64,000 nt of DNA from Balanoglossus misakiensis. Taxonomy: Eukaryota; Animalia; Hemichordata. Position 1 is the stretch's first letter, and the number at the start of each line of letters is the position of its first letter. The position numbers and the translations under genes are program-made. Of this stretch, positions 26,592 to 39,593 are shown piece after piece. The notes beneath the pieces were generated by a model. The model saw only the letters and a program-made list of their open reading frames with translations. It was not told where the DNA came from and did no database searches. Where the stretch lies: NCBI GenBank assembly GCA_040954595.2, contig CM082587.2, positions 5,506,206 to 5,570,205 on the forward strand, written 5' to 3'.

Positions 26592-29500
26592 ATGGGATCG
26601 GGTGCGTCGAAGCTGGTGCGGCGGGAAAACTCGACGGAGAACGCACGTATCGAGGCAAGAATACGACGGGACCGCAAGAAAGCAAGACGAACCGCCAAGT
26701 TACTGCTCCTGGGTGAGGCACCGGCTTTTTATGTTTCAATTAAAGCCCCGTGAGCTGCAAAATGTACTTGGACAGCCCCCTGTAAGATTCGAACTCACGA
26801 CCCCTGGTTTACAAGACCAGTGCTCTAACCACTGAGCTAAGGAGGCAGTTACAGTAACCATGCCTGTATTTTAAAGGCTCCTAAGCTGCAACTTTTGGGA
26901 TAATTATCATGAAATTTATTTTCAAACTGTACTAACATTAGCCCATACAGATGTACGTACTGATTCAGAAGTACACAGTATACAAGCGCGGTTATTATCA
27001 AACCCCAGGAGAGACTAAGAGTGCATGGCATATGCAAGTTTTCAACAGCTAAATAATACAACTTTGCCGCAAGCAAATATGGTCACCCCCGTGGGGAAAA
27101 TTCAAAATACAATGAAATTGTTGCATTTCAAAATCCTTCATGTCACATGTTCATTACAGGTGCAAGCGGCTCCGGCAAAAGTACTTTCGCTAAGCAGATG
27201 AGGTAAGTTGTCATGGTAACCGCCAATTTTCCAGTTGAGGAGAAGTGGGTCACTCTAAATACGCTCCAGTGCTTTAGTTCAAACGATTATAGAAAAAAAT
27301 CATTTCTACCGTATTTTTGCAAAGCAAAGAAAAAACTCTCCCAGTATAGATAGATTCGGTTGAGGGTTAAATGTTCAGTTCCGACATACCCTGTCCCAAA
27401 AGAAACGGTCGCAACACATATACAAACATCTCTCCAATAATACGAAGAAATAACATTATATATTATGAAAAATGATTCTCAAAAATATCAAGCAAGAGTG
27501 TGGTGTGTACAATGTCACCTCCCAAATGAAGTGTTTTAAGGATAAATCTTGTTATTCGTGTATGATGCAAGGAAAGATAATGTGTTAATGAAGAATCTCT
27601 CCACCAGCCCCACCCATCCCAGTGACCTACCTACATACCTGCCTTCCCACCTACGTACCTACCTATACCTACGACCGTACTGCCTGCCTTCCTGCCTGCC
27701 TGCCTACATGTTTATCATGATGATTTTTTGAACATACATTTATATCTAAAATCGACAATCACCTTTTGATTGCTTGCCCCTAGAATCATGCACCAAGATG
27801 GATTCAATCGGGCAGATCGCTTGCGGTACAAACACATCATTCAGTGCAACGTCATTGATTTCATCGAAAGTCTGTTAGACGACATGATGAAACTTGGAAT
27901 TAAATTTTCTGACGTGAAGCGCAAGGTAAGACCCTTACCACTGATAAGCTTTATCACGTTTTACGATATTCTGAAAATGGGTTTTAATAGTAAGACAGAA
28001 GATCCCAATGATCGAGATTAAATTTTTTCCACGCCAAAGCATGGCAATATTACGACTTTTATGACGGCAAATGGAAAAGTGAACGGGCGGAAGAACACCG
28101 AGAGAAAAATATATATCATTCTTCTGTGTCCTGTGACAGATATGTCCAGTTTGTAACTCAGAATGTTCTCGTGTAGTGATGAAGTCGATATATAAACGCT
28201 TCAAAACCTTGTAGAACGATGCATAATATCGTATATATCTACTGGACCCTTGCCCAATTTATTGCAGTAATTGCAATGTCACGTGCTGTCCAGCGGTATT
28301 CACTGATTTACTTGAGATCTCGCCCCTTTTCATTAAATTTTCTGCTGAAATGCAAATATATATCAATCTCATTTTCACCAATCAGAACCACTATTTTCAG
28401 TTGCAATGCCAGTGTTCTAATTACCTTTCCAAATTCAACCCTTGCTGCCTTCAGCTAGACGAGGACATTTTCCACCAGTATTTCCAGCCTGTTAATTTTG
28501 GCGAGATAGATTTGCCACTGCAGGCAGCCATTGCCATAGAAACGTTGTGGAACGACGAAGGGGTTCAGACCTGCTTCTCAGTGACCAGGGATCTCCAATT
28601 TTCGGATTCTATACTCTAGTAAGTCGGTTTTAGCGTCATGTTTTGCTCCAAGCAACTTTTGATTCTTATCTCTGAACATTGGTGTTTTTGAGAGACAGAG
28701 AGAGAGAGGCAGAATGAGAGAGACAGAGAGAGAGAGAGAGAAAGAGAGACAGAGACAGAGAGAGAGAGAGAGCAAAATTTATCCCAAATTTCAAATTCAA
28801 AATGGCCACCATCTCTATGTTAACTCAATGGAGAAAAAAATCAAGTTGTGAATTATATATATATATAAACAAAGCAAGACGGTGAAACCTTGTTTTTCTG
28901 CTTGTTTTCAAAAAGACCCCAGACACACTTTTAATATAGCATAGAACTGAACGGTTTGGGGGAATATCATATCATTTATTCTGAACATCTGTCCCCGGGG
29001 TGCTGACTACTCTAACCATGCATACTTTGCGTATTCAGCCACTTCACAAAATCATGCAAGACTACTCATCATTTCGAGAGAAGAACTGTCCCACTTAGTC
29101 TAACAATCTGATCATTGTATATGACACTTACTCACAACAAATGACAATGATTTGTTTGACGCAAGGTTATGATAATTTTCCAGACAGACAGACTACACAT
29201 TGATGGTGCAGCAATAATCTCTTTATCCCGTTTATACATCTTTAATCTCTCTTAAGATAGCTACCAACTACCTAATTGTCTCGACTGTAGTTTGCAAGAT
29301 ATCTGTTTACGGCCGTTTCGCCCACAATTCCAGCTAGTACTCTGTTGAAGTTCTTAGCCGCCAGACACGCCTCACGTGACCTTCATCACCACACAAGAAA
29401 ACACCCAATTGCGATTGAAAGCATCGTTGCAGCGTCGCGAGTTAGGGTAATTTGAATAATATCTAGAGGGGTTTCTTGAAGTGAGAAGATTTGCATTTTG

Positions 29501-32500
29501 TATGTTATAATGGGGGACTCATCAGGACTTGAGCGACGACCAAGTTGCCGAGGAAACGAGAGGTGTGGATTATCTTAATCAGTGTGATATCGTTGATGAA
29601 AGTTTCCGCCAAGAAATCTTTGAGAAGGGCGGATTGGTGGTGATTCGCGGGAGATGATCGGTATCAGAATGAGACAAATGAATTCAGAGATGACACGATT
29701 GTGCTGTTGCGATATCGAAACGATATAGGTCATTGTCGACGAAGCAGCACTTTACTCGCTCGCACAAGGTAGCTATAGAAACGTGTTCACGTCCTCCGTG
29801 TGTGAACACCGCTATCAACCAGTCGAGGGCTTGAATTGTCAATATTAAGTGGGGGAGATCGCATCGTGTTTACGACAGTAGGCGCACGGGCACGCGTATC
29901 TTCGCGTGAAATCGTGACCCTGTACTTTGTTTTAGTCGCAGACATGACCGATCTTGGAACTTCAACTTGCCTTGTTATTCTTTCAGGTTTCTGATGATTA
30001 CCCACTTGTCCTTCACTTGAATCATAGCACACGCAACTTGTACTTCGCAGAGATGTTTACTCGCTCCTTGATAGCCCTTGCAAAACTCTTTCAATTTCAA
30101 TTTCTGTGACATCTGCGTAAAAGGAAGTCAGCATTGAAAACTTGCACATTGACGACACTTCGATATCATAGCAGATGATTCAGAGACGATCTTCAAGTTT
30201 TGTTATTTTCTACCCGAAGGCCGCGTAAATTGTCTTTTTATTCAGTACACACTACATGCCCCGGCCTTTTGTGCAGAAATTCTTCGCAATAACATAAACA
30301 GTGACCCTGGAGTAGCAAAATTCACAACATGGTGTAAAAATATCACAGAGACCGAGGGAGAGCAAGGGCTAGCTCTGAACGCCAAACGTAACAATTCAGA
30401 AAGTTTCATTCTCTGGAAAGTCTCTGTCTACACAAAGTATGACTTACCCTAACTCATTGGTTAGAATGTATATTTTTTCAGACTACAGTATGTATATGTT
30501 TTATGGTGACGGGGTTCAATTATTCATCATCATATTTCAACAAAGATATACCTACACATAAAACCCGTTGTTCTTATTTTCTGCACTTTTTGTTAGTTTT
30601 CTTGGGAAACTCCGACAATTGGCAGATGTTGACTACTTGCCGTCGAACCAAGACATTCTGCAAGCGAGGACATCCACGATTGGCATTGTCGAAACAAGCT
30701 TCGAATTCAAGGGCTATTTTCTTAAGTAAGTGCATGTTACTTCTTTTCTTGGCTGAACTATAAATGCAAAACCTCATGTTTTCCATTATCAGCAGCAATG
30801 TTACACATACCGTTTATGGCACATTCTAATATGAGCGGGCACAAGCATAATCGGTTATCGTCACATTCACCAAAGACAATCAATGTCTAGCAAAAGTAAA
30901 GAAATCGGAAGAATTGGATCCCACGGCCGTGTTGATAGCAAGGCTTACAACGATGGTGTTTGCCCCTACGTTCAAACATGAATACAGATGGGGTTGAAGG
31001 ACACGATCATCGATAAGACACACCTCTTGCATTAAAGAAATAAGGAATTGTAGTGAAGTGTTCCTGCGGGCTAATAGATAAGCTTACATAGATGCTTTCT
31101 ATTAGAACTAACGTATCGTTAAGAAATCTGAAAAGTCGACGAATAAAATGCATGAATGTGTCGAATTTGCATCGTATTTTCTAGAAGGGCGGGGTCAAGA
31201 CTATCACGACATTGAACCTGCGAATCGGTAGCCATGGAAACTACTGTATTTTAAGTTTCTAAGGCAACAGCATATGACACTCACAATGGGGGATTAAGTC
31301 TCGTTCTACAGCTTGTGAGAAGTAAACGCGACAACGCTTGCGGCGTTAAGTTGTTTTTGAAATCTATAGCTCCAGTTTGAGCGCACGTCGTCACTTCGGT
31401 ATTTAGTAGCTAGGAATATTCCAACGGATCACTCTACCTTGAGTGGATTTAAAAAACATTTTTGCTACTGTTAACACGAGAATTGTAAACCACAGGGTAT
31501 CTTTGCCTGCGTGTAAACCTACACTTCGAAACGCACGAGAATTATACGTAAACCCACTCGTTTTACTGTTCGGGGTTATTTTTTCTTAAGAATTGAGACT
31601 ATTGTAGAATTTTCTCCTAAAATTTAGCCTTTGTTTAATCACTTCCCTAATTCCCTGTTTTCACCCTTTGTCTTCAATGGCTTACAATTTGAAAATACAC
31701 TATTTTCTGGTTAAGAACTGACTTTAGGTCCTTAGTCACCCACGTCACTGGGTTGTTACTATAGAAAACATATAACACTGTATTGTTGGTATAATCGAAA
31801 GGAAGAAATATAAGATGAAACGGCATTGGTCAGTTCATTCAATTCCGTACATGTTTGACAGAGCATCATCTGCCAATCAGTGCAGTCAAAACAAACCTTT
31901 CCAGTGACAACTGTTTTTTTTGTCTTCTTTCGTACTCGGATGTGCAGCTTGGTGGATGTCGGTGGACAGAGAACCGAGAGACGAAAGTGGATTCATTGTT
32001 TCGAAGACTGCACGTCGATCATCTTCCTTGTGTCTTTGAACGGCTACGATTTGGTGACCAGTGATGACGACAAACAGGTATTTCAGATATGGACGTCCTT
32101 TGCGAGTTATGCCAATCTCACAGCAATAATGCAGAGGAAATCGTTGGGGGTATATGCGCGTTTAAAACGCTTATACGGGTCTAGTTCTCACATATTGAAA
32201 TGGGTTGGTGTAAATTTATTTTTTTCAGAATCAAATGATTGACAGCTTGCAGTTGTTTCGCTCCACTTGTAACAACAAATGGCTGAGGAGTATAAGTTTT
32301 ATTCTGTTTCTGAATAAGATGGACCTCTTCAAGAAAAAGCTTTCGCATTCACCGCTGACTGTTTGCTTCCCTGAGTACACAGGTACGTATAGACTTACTG
32401 AATGGCTCGCTTTGGTGAACCAACCAGCGCAGCACGCAACAAAGACGGTCAACAATAGGCACACCACACGTTAGTTCCTTGCTTATGGAAACTTTTAATT

Positions 32501-34167
32501 ACTACAACTAAACATTGGTAAATATAAAATGGTTGTACACTGGGAAAAAAACACACAAAATAAGTGACTACCTTAAATGTGACCAGGTGTGGGAAATGAA
32601 AGAATAAAGTCCACGGTTCTGTAGCGCACGACGAACGCGACCAACGCCACGGCAGTTCCAACAGCGACGTTCAGTCCGAGTAGCGTTCTGGCACAATTCC
32701 CTGGTATAGACGGCACGGCTTTCGGACGAATTCCCCATGAGGTAGCACGGCTTCTGGGCGCGGTTTCCAGACCAGTGCAACAGGAAATGCAGCACAGCTT
32801 CCAAGCCGGCGAGGAACGGAACAGCTAGCTCACACGGGCAAGTCCAAATTAGCAGCTACGCCGCAACACAACGTGCGGGCTTTTTATATGGGGAAAATAT
32901 GCACCACACCTGGTCAATGAATGCACCACACCTGGTCACGCAAATATTCAAATTGGAAAATAAACGAAAAACACACCTGGTCACAAAACAACAGCAAACC
33001 TAACCTACGTAACAATGGAAAGTGTGAACGAATAAAGCGTTCGATCGTGTTTTGCATCGAATTTCAAGACGATTGTAGCAGCCAAACAGCTTGCCCTCAG
33101 AAAGAGCGCTTCTATGAAATGCGAGTGAATTTATGATATTAATAGACCATTTTCTGAACTCCACGACACAATGCGAGATTTCACCCAACAGGCAAACCGG
33201 TTGCTAATACATTAGCTTAGAGCATGGTAGGTAAAGGTTCGACAGCTCGTTATCCACGCCACATATTGCACGCACATTTAAAACCACTGATGCCATTCGA
33301 TGCTTTTCAAGAAAACGACTGGATATTAGATCAACAACCCTACGGTACATCAAGTTCTTCCAGTTTCGAAAGCAGAAGGACTGAAATTCACAACATATTT
33401 AGGACTCACAGTGCGAAAATTGGGGTAAGATAGAGGAAGAGGGAGGGAGGGGCGGGTAGTAAGCTCATTTATGTGACAGAATAATTGTAGAATTATATTT
33501 TTCATATCAGCTTTTCCAATGTCCCTCCTACACATACGTGCTTTGCTGAAAGCGATATGCGCTACTTCAATTTCTTCGCGTAGAAGTGAAACATTAATTT
33601 CCTTTGAATTTTTCATGCGGCATATATGTGGCAGATTCATTTTAGATGGCCGTCGGTCGTTTCTTTCATTTGCCAACCAAATTATTTTTATCGGACAACG
33701 ATTTTTTCGAGGTTAGCGACTCCTATCATTGGTTTTGGTATCCAAAATGGTTAAATACTTATATTCGAGTTGTATTCGAGTGATGTGGCTATACATGCAT
33801 ACCTGTAAGACAGCAAGCTTTATGAACATGCGCCGAGATAAACGATTTCACGGCCAGACATTTTAACTTATAGAAAATTTCGTTAAAATTGTATATGAGT
33901 TAATAATTTCGCTGTCTACAGTGTATATTCCCATGAACGTGTAACATGTTTCAATGTCACACATTTTGTTTTAAAGGTTCCAACAACAAGCGAGACGTCG
34001 CCTTGTACATCAAGATGAGATTCGAATCGGTGGTTGAGAATACACAGACACGCTCGGTTTACACCCACTTTACAGTCGCCACGGACACGCAAAACATGGA
34101 AGTCTTGTTCAACGATGTTGTGTTCGATGTACTGATGGGTAACCTACAGAACTGCCACCTTGTATGA
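26592..34167 (+). CDS. Heterotrimeric G-protein alpha subunit, divergent Gi/o-like; 8 exons
   Basis: MGSGAS...KLLLLG|[14 protein letters not shown]|[57 protein letters not shown] and NLQNCHLV*. Approximate exons: 26592-26712, 27160-27202, 27784-27925, 28456-28618, 30597-30726, 31948-32077, 32229-32382, 33977-34167. Confidence 0.93.
26774..26846 (-). tRNA. tRNA-Thr(TGT), copy 3, antisense within G-alpha intron 1
   Basis: Same cloverleaf, one G:U pair in the T-stem, T4 run downstream at 26759-26762. Confidence 0.93.
27625..27706. repeat. Degenerate (CCTA/CCTG)n tract
   Basis: Direct reading. Confidence 0.7.
28690..28772. repeat. (GA)n-rich microsatellite
   Basis: Direct reading. Confidence 0.93.
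32572..33012. mobile_element. Non-autonomous element with 14-bp inverted repeats in G-alpha intron 7
   Basis: TGTGACCAGGTGTG (32578) versus CACACCTGGTCA(CA), present three times at ~32905, ~32927 and 32972. GC-rich core. Confidence 0.55.
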
Positions 34168-35058
34168 CTCTACGCGGTATCCATGACTACTGTGCAGCAA
34201 CAATACCACAGTGTGTCCAACTGGGAGCTTCAGACAGTTGCATTTCGAAAGTGGAATACAGATGGTGCACTTCAAAATGAACCCATTAAAACTTGCACTA
34301 CATCGCGCGGCGGAGTGATATAAATAGACACAATCTTGTGATACGGTCTTTACAGCACAGAATCTATTACAGCTTTATAAAATTATACTACGGATTCACC
34401 TTGTGTGTGCCTTACAGAATTGACCCGCTGATCTAAAGAATTACTTGCTGTTGAGTGCCTTCGTTGTCGAAAATAGTTTCGAATCTTTCAAATGTGTTTG
34501 AACAGTAAGCTTACAGCGAACGAACCGGCACTTCTTTTTTTGTAACTTCTCGAGCCATCAGGTTAACAAAAATAGGCCTGGCAGATTTCATTAGCTAATT
34601 CACAGTCTGTGGCTAATTTCATGGTAGTAGACGGAGTAAAATTCATTTTAATTCATTAAGTATACACAGAGATTTGCTTTTCCATGAAATTCAACAGTGT
34701 CATATCGGTACTTTTTTCTAAGCTGTGCTAGGTACAAGAACACAAACACATAAATCAAGCTTATCAGTCACAATTTTTATTTAAAAAGTATATTATTTAC
34801 AATTGACACTTGGTAATTGATAATTCATAGTACGAAGACTGATATGACAACACTGATGTGCAAATGTTGGAAATATTAAGATAAGTTGTCCCAAGATTAT
34901 CTATGTGAAACAGAAAAGCACATACTCATTATACTTTTAACAATGATCATGTGATGTTAAAAATTGACACTTGAATACTAGTAATTGCAAACAGTCTGGT
35001 TTGTGGATGTGTGTGTGCGTCAATCTGTGTGTATCCCCACGCTGTAATCTTCTGCATG

Positions 35059-35260
35059 TTAGGGGCGAACCATTTGATTTCAGGGGGGGGAGGGTGGAGG
35101 ATTTGAATCTGTCACCATTTTCTCAGTCACTGCTACAGCAATTTTTCTATAACTATTGCCAAGGTAATTGCAGAATGTTATTTTCCTCTGTACCATCTGA
35201 CAACATATTTTTATTCAAAATTCCTCCATCCACCCCCTCCAGAAATCAATGGTATATACC
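35059..35260. mobile_element. MITE with ~30-bp imperfect TIRs
   Basis: ACCATTTGATTTCAGGGGGGGGAGGGTGGAGGA ... TCCTCCATCCACCCCCTCCAGAAATCAATGGT. Confidence 0.65.
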
Positions 35261-36870
35261 ACTTTTCAGAACTGATGTTTACAACCAAATGCAAAGAATT
35301 GATATTCTTCATACTTCCTTGTACGTTGAAAACATCCAATCACAGGTGTAGTACATGCAGCACTTTCTTACGAAAGGGAAATTACAGTTCCTCTGTTGCC
35401 ATGGTGAGAGAGACAGAAAAAGGAAAAATATATATATAACAATATCAGCTTTACTTCATATTTGAAAACCAATGGTGTTTTATTCGAGATATCTGAGTAT
35501 ACACACATGTGACAAATCTGACATATAAACAAATTGGATACAAGAATGTAGAACGTATTAATTGTTGTGAAGTGACACAAGACAACTGAAAACATGAAGG
35601 ATGAACAAATGTACAGAAAAGGTCAATGCAGAAAAATATCACCTGGAAAATCTGCCATGTATCTCATCAAATCTGAGAGGATATAAAAAATCTCAGTACA
35701 GATGTGTAAGTTATATGAAATCTAAAAAAAAACACTTGAGAGTAGGGTACATGTAATGATGAACAAGAACAAAGTAAATTAGTTTACAAGATACAAATTC
35801 TTTGAACATTATACAACATGGGCAGGTTTCCACTGAAAACAGAAAGTGGAGAAAGACACTACATGTTTTTTAAAAATCTTATAAATGAACACAATTAAAA
35901 TGGGCACAGTTGCTGTTGACAAGATTTTAGCAATGGTGGTTTCATATGAACAGTGCTATGATGAAAGGACAGGGACGTTTCTGGTCAGTCACCCTGCTTT
36001 TGAAGTTGCCAGACATGTCAAATCCATTATGGACAAGTCACTTCATTCAATTCATCATACTGAAGCATATTACACAACACCTTATAATGACATGAAAGGA
36101 AATAAGGTAATTCAGTTTCAGTAATTTGAATTGTACCAGCTGGGTCTAACTCATTGATGGTTACTTGAGTAGCTCCTCAAATAATTACAGAATTACAAGT
36201 ATTCAACTACTAATTACCCACCATTTGCAAAGTGCTCACAACAGATAGTTAAATTTAATGCACGTGCTTGGCTGTACAAGGTTGATGGTTAAGACGGGTG
36301 ACTATGATGACCCCCCAACCTTGGGAATACAACAATTCTAGAAATGTACATATTTAAATTTGAATGTTTCAAAAAGCAGTACATGCTGTAGGCCCCTTAT
36401 CGCAGTCTATACATTTAATTCTGCAATTTTTTTCCTCTTTGTATGCCTCGTTCTGATAACAGAGGAGACGCTATAGATATCACTTTTGGATTCTAGTCAA
36501 TTTACAAAATTGAAGTTGCAAACCAGGTTTAAATGCATAATTTACAAACACCTATAAAGTACGGTCAAAAGTGCATGTCTACGTCGTCTGATGACTTTGT
36601 GGTGGCATACTTATTTTTCACCTGACCAACCAAATGGAAATATGTAATTGCTCGGGTCACTGACTAAATTTGCATGGGCGAGTGTACATGTATACTTGTG
36701 TATCTTAAACCTGGATAACACAAACATACCTGTCATTGTGTGCTACTTATACTGACTGACCATAAAAAAAAAAATTATGATAAACAGAGACAGAGAACTT
36801 ACAAACCAACATGTACCAATTAACATGAGAGAACAGGAAACCAGTGACACATTGAAGCTTGCACTTCAGC

Positions 36871-39593
36871 TTACCTCCTATGGGGTTTTTCGGGAGCTAT
36901 GAGAAAAAACAAAAACAAATACGAGAAACTCATTATGTACAACATTGACTGTTGTGATAACACATACATGTACATCCATGGAACAAGTCTAATGCTACGC
37001 ATAGGAAACACTATTATTTATATTCCACGACAATATAAATTCAGAGGGCACCAATAAGCATATGCTGTTCACCAGTACCGCAGCAAGATTTAATTTTAAG
37101 AGCTGCCTTCATATGATGACATTTAAGATGAAATTATATACTTTTTAAGCCACAAGCCATGAAGCTCTACCATTCAGTATACATACACAAACATGAATGG
37201 AGACACACATACACACGCAAGACATATCAACATATAAAACTCTTAATTAAACTTACGTGGTTCGGACAACTTGACATGTATCGGTTCCAGGATCTCATCA
37301 AGCTCTTTCTTTTGCTGGATGAAGTCTTCAATAGTTGGATCCTCTGTCAATTCAAGCCACTCTTGCTTCTCAGTGCAGGCGTTTATTCCAGTCATCTGCA
37401 TTAGTACATACATAGGCATGGGATATTCAAACTGATATTGTACATTATATTTCCATGGAGAAAATCCATTTCAATTCGTAGGTTTACAGAATCATGTTGA
37501 CAGAAGTGTATTTCAGAGGAAATCAGTTTAATTTTGTCACTGACATTTGTACAGTACACATGTAAAAGTAAATAATCCTTTTTTACTGTACATCTGGTGT
37601 GAATAATAACATTTGCATGTACCAGCATCAAATCTGTACTGGTGCAGAGATTTAGAAGAGCTCTTTTCAAGTTTTCCATCTTATCAATTTCCCTGTATTA
37701 CTTGCCAAACTTTCATCAGAGAAATAACTGAGGAAGATGTAATACCAATGATATTTTCTGTACACACGTGCGACAAAATAAATCAGAATTTTTCATTTCC
37801 TCCTGGAGGCATACCTTATCATCTTTAGTTAATCTTCCAAGAACTTTCTGTGGATCTTCAATGGTTTCTTTTGTCTCTTTTATTAATTGCTCCAGTGCAT
37901 GCTTGGCTTCTGTCCATGTAAAAAAATGAAAAAAAAAATAAATAAATAAATAAAAACAAAGGGACACTTTGTAAAAATTACAGACAATGTCTGCTTAAAG
38001 GGAAGGCCGTATTAACTATTTCTAAGTGGTCACACTACAACTCTGACCATAATTGAGACTGCTTCGATCAGTGGCAGTCACAGATTAGTACATGCTGAAG
38101 ATGACAGATACAAGGGCAATTGAGACTTAATTCTGTCTCACACACTGACAAACCATACATCAGTGCACACTGCATATGACACACACTATTACAGTGAACC
38201 ACACGCTCTGCTATGAGCCAAATCTTCCCTGCACATTTCCTTCAAATCCACATTTTCTGATGGGCGGCGACATAAAACGCTGAATTCTTCAAATGAATGA
38301 AAAAGCTCAAGGGTGTATTATACTGCATTCACGATCCTAGCACCTACTGGTGGCTGTAAGCTTTTATCTCAGATTGAGAATAGACGGAAATTGTATGGCT
38401 GACTAGAACAAATGCGGTGGTTAGAGGGGACAATTTTCCGACACAGAATTGTCAACCTTGAGATGTCTCGACTTATATTGCAAAACACTTGGAGACTTTG
38501 GTGAGTGATTGATTGCAATATTGGTGAGCGAACAAAGGGTCTGGGTGCCTTTTAATACTTGTAAAGCTACATTCTCTGACAGAGTATTGTGATGCATGCA
38601 TCGCACATTCTCAGTGTTTGACTTACCAGCCCAATCTAGATATTGAGCACACTCTGGTCTCTCATATCTAACCGCAGTTTCTCTGGCTCTTTCCCCATGG
38701 GTGGTTTTCATCTGCATATCTGCTCCATACTGCACCAAGCATTTGATGCACTCTAACTGGCCCCAGGCTGCTGCCCTGTGCAATGCTGTGTAACCTAAAA
38801 CAGTACAAAACAATAAAGTGTACACTTAATTTTTTTTATAAATATACCATAAGGAAGACTGTCCCGAAAGCAGTAAGCTGCCTATATTACTTTCAGGTAA
38901 TCATCACTCCATTCTCTTAATCGTCATTTATTTCACCAAGAATTATTTGTCAAAATGTATGTTGTCACGAACCATATTATGCTTCTTAAAAAGCAGGAAG
39001 TAACCAGCAAGTAACAGTATAGACCAGTCAGTGTACAGTCTATATGCTTGAAACGTGTATGTTGCCATAGCAACTATACAAAGAGGGCGCACGCCACCTG
39101 CTGCGGCCGAAGTAAAACTGTCACTAGGGCACCGCCAGCAAAATATCTTTTCAAAATGATACTCGATTTGAATGCAACAATAATAATATTCCGTACCTCT
39201 AGATGTTGCACTGTCGGGTGACGTCCCATTTTCCAGAAGTTCTCTTACAATGTCCGTCCTGCCAATGATGCAAGCAAAATCTAACGGAGACTTTCCTTCA
39301 ATGTCCCTTATGTTTGGGTCCACCCCTTTCTCTAACATTACTTTCAAGACTTCGTTCTTTCCCATGATACACGCTAAATCTACGGGGGCTTTCCCGTTTT
39401 CGGTGCGATGGTTCAACAGATCCGCAACTTCGCCGTGGTACGGATTTTCCTCGTCGTCAAAACACTGCTGCAACAGATTGGCGTCTCCACGTTGTATGCA
39501 GTCGATAACTATATTTGCCACCCTTGGCGGTTCTGCAGACTTTGGCGTCTCCTCTGTTTCATCTGTGACGGGCTGTTGATCCCCGGTCGTCAT
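36871..39593 (-). CDS. ANKRD45: Ankyrin repeat domain protein 45, spliced
   Basis: Ankyrin repeats followed by GYTALHRAAAWGQLE...GERARETAVRY...YLDWA|EAK...GRLTKDDK|...ILEPIHVKLSEP, matching the recalled ANKRD45 layout. The last small exon (~36896-36871) is inferred. Confidence 0.85.

Noticed and set aside
28775-29015. Degenerate repeat fragments ending in CTGTCCCC (also ~50500-50670)
   Set aside because: Probably old dispersed repeats, but boundaries and family cannot be supported by eye
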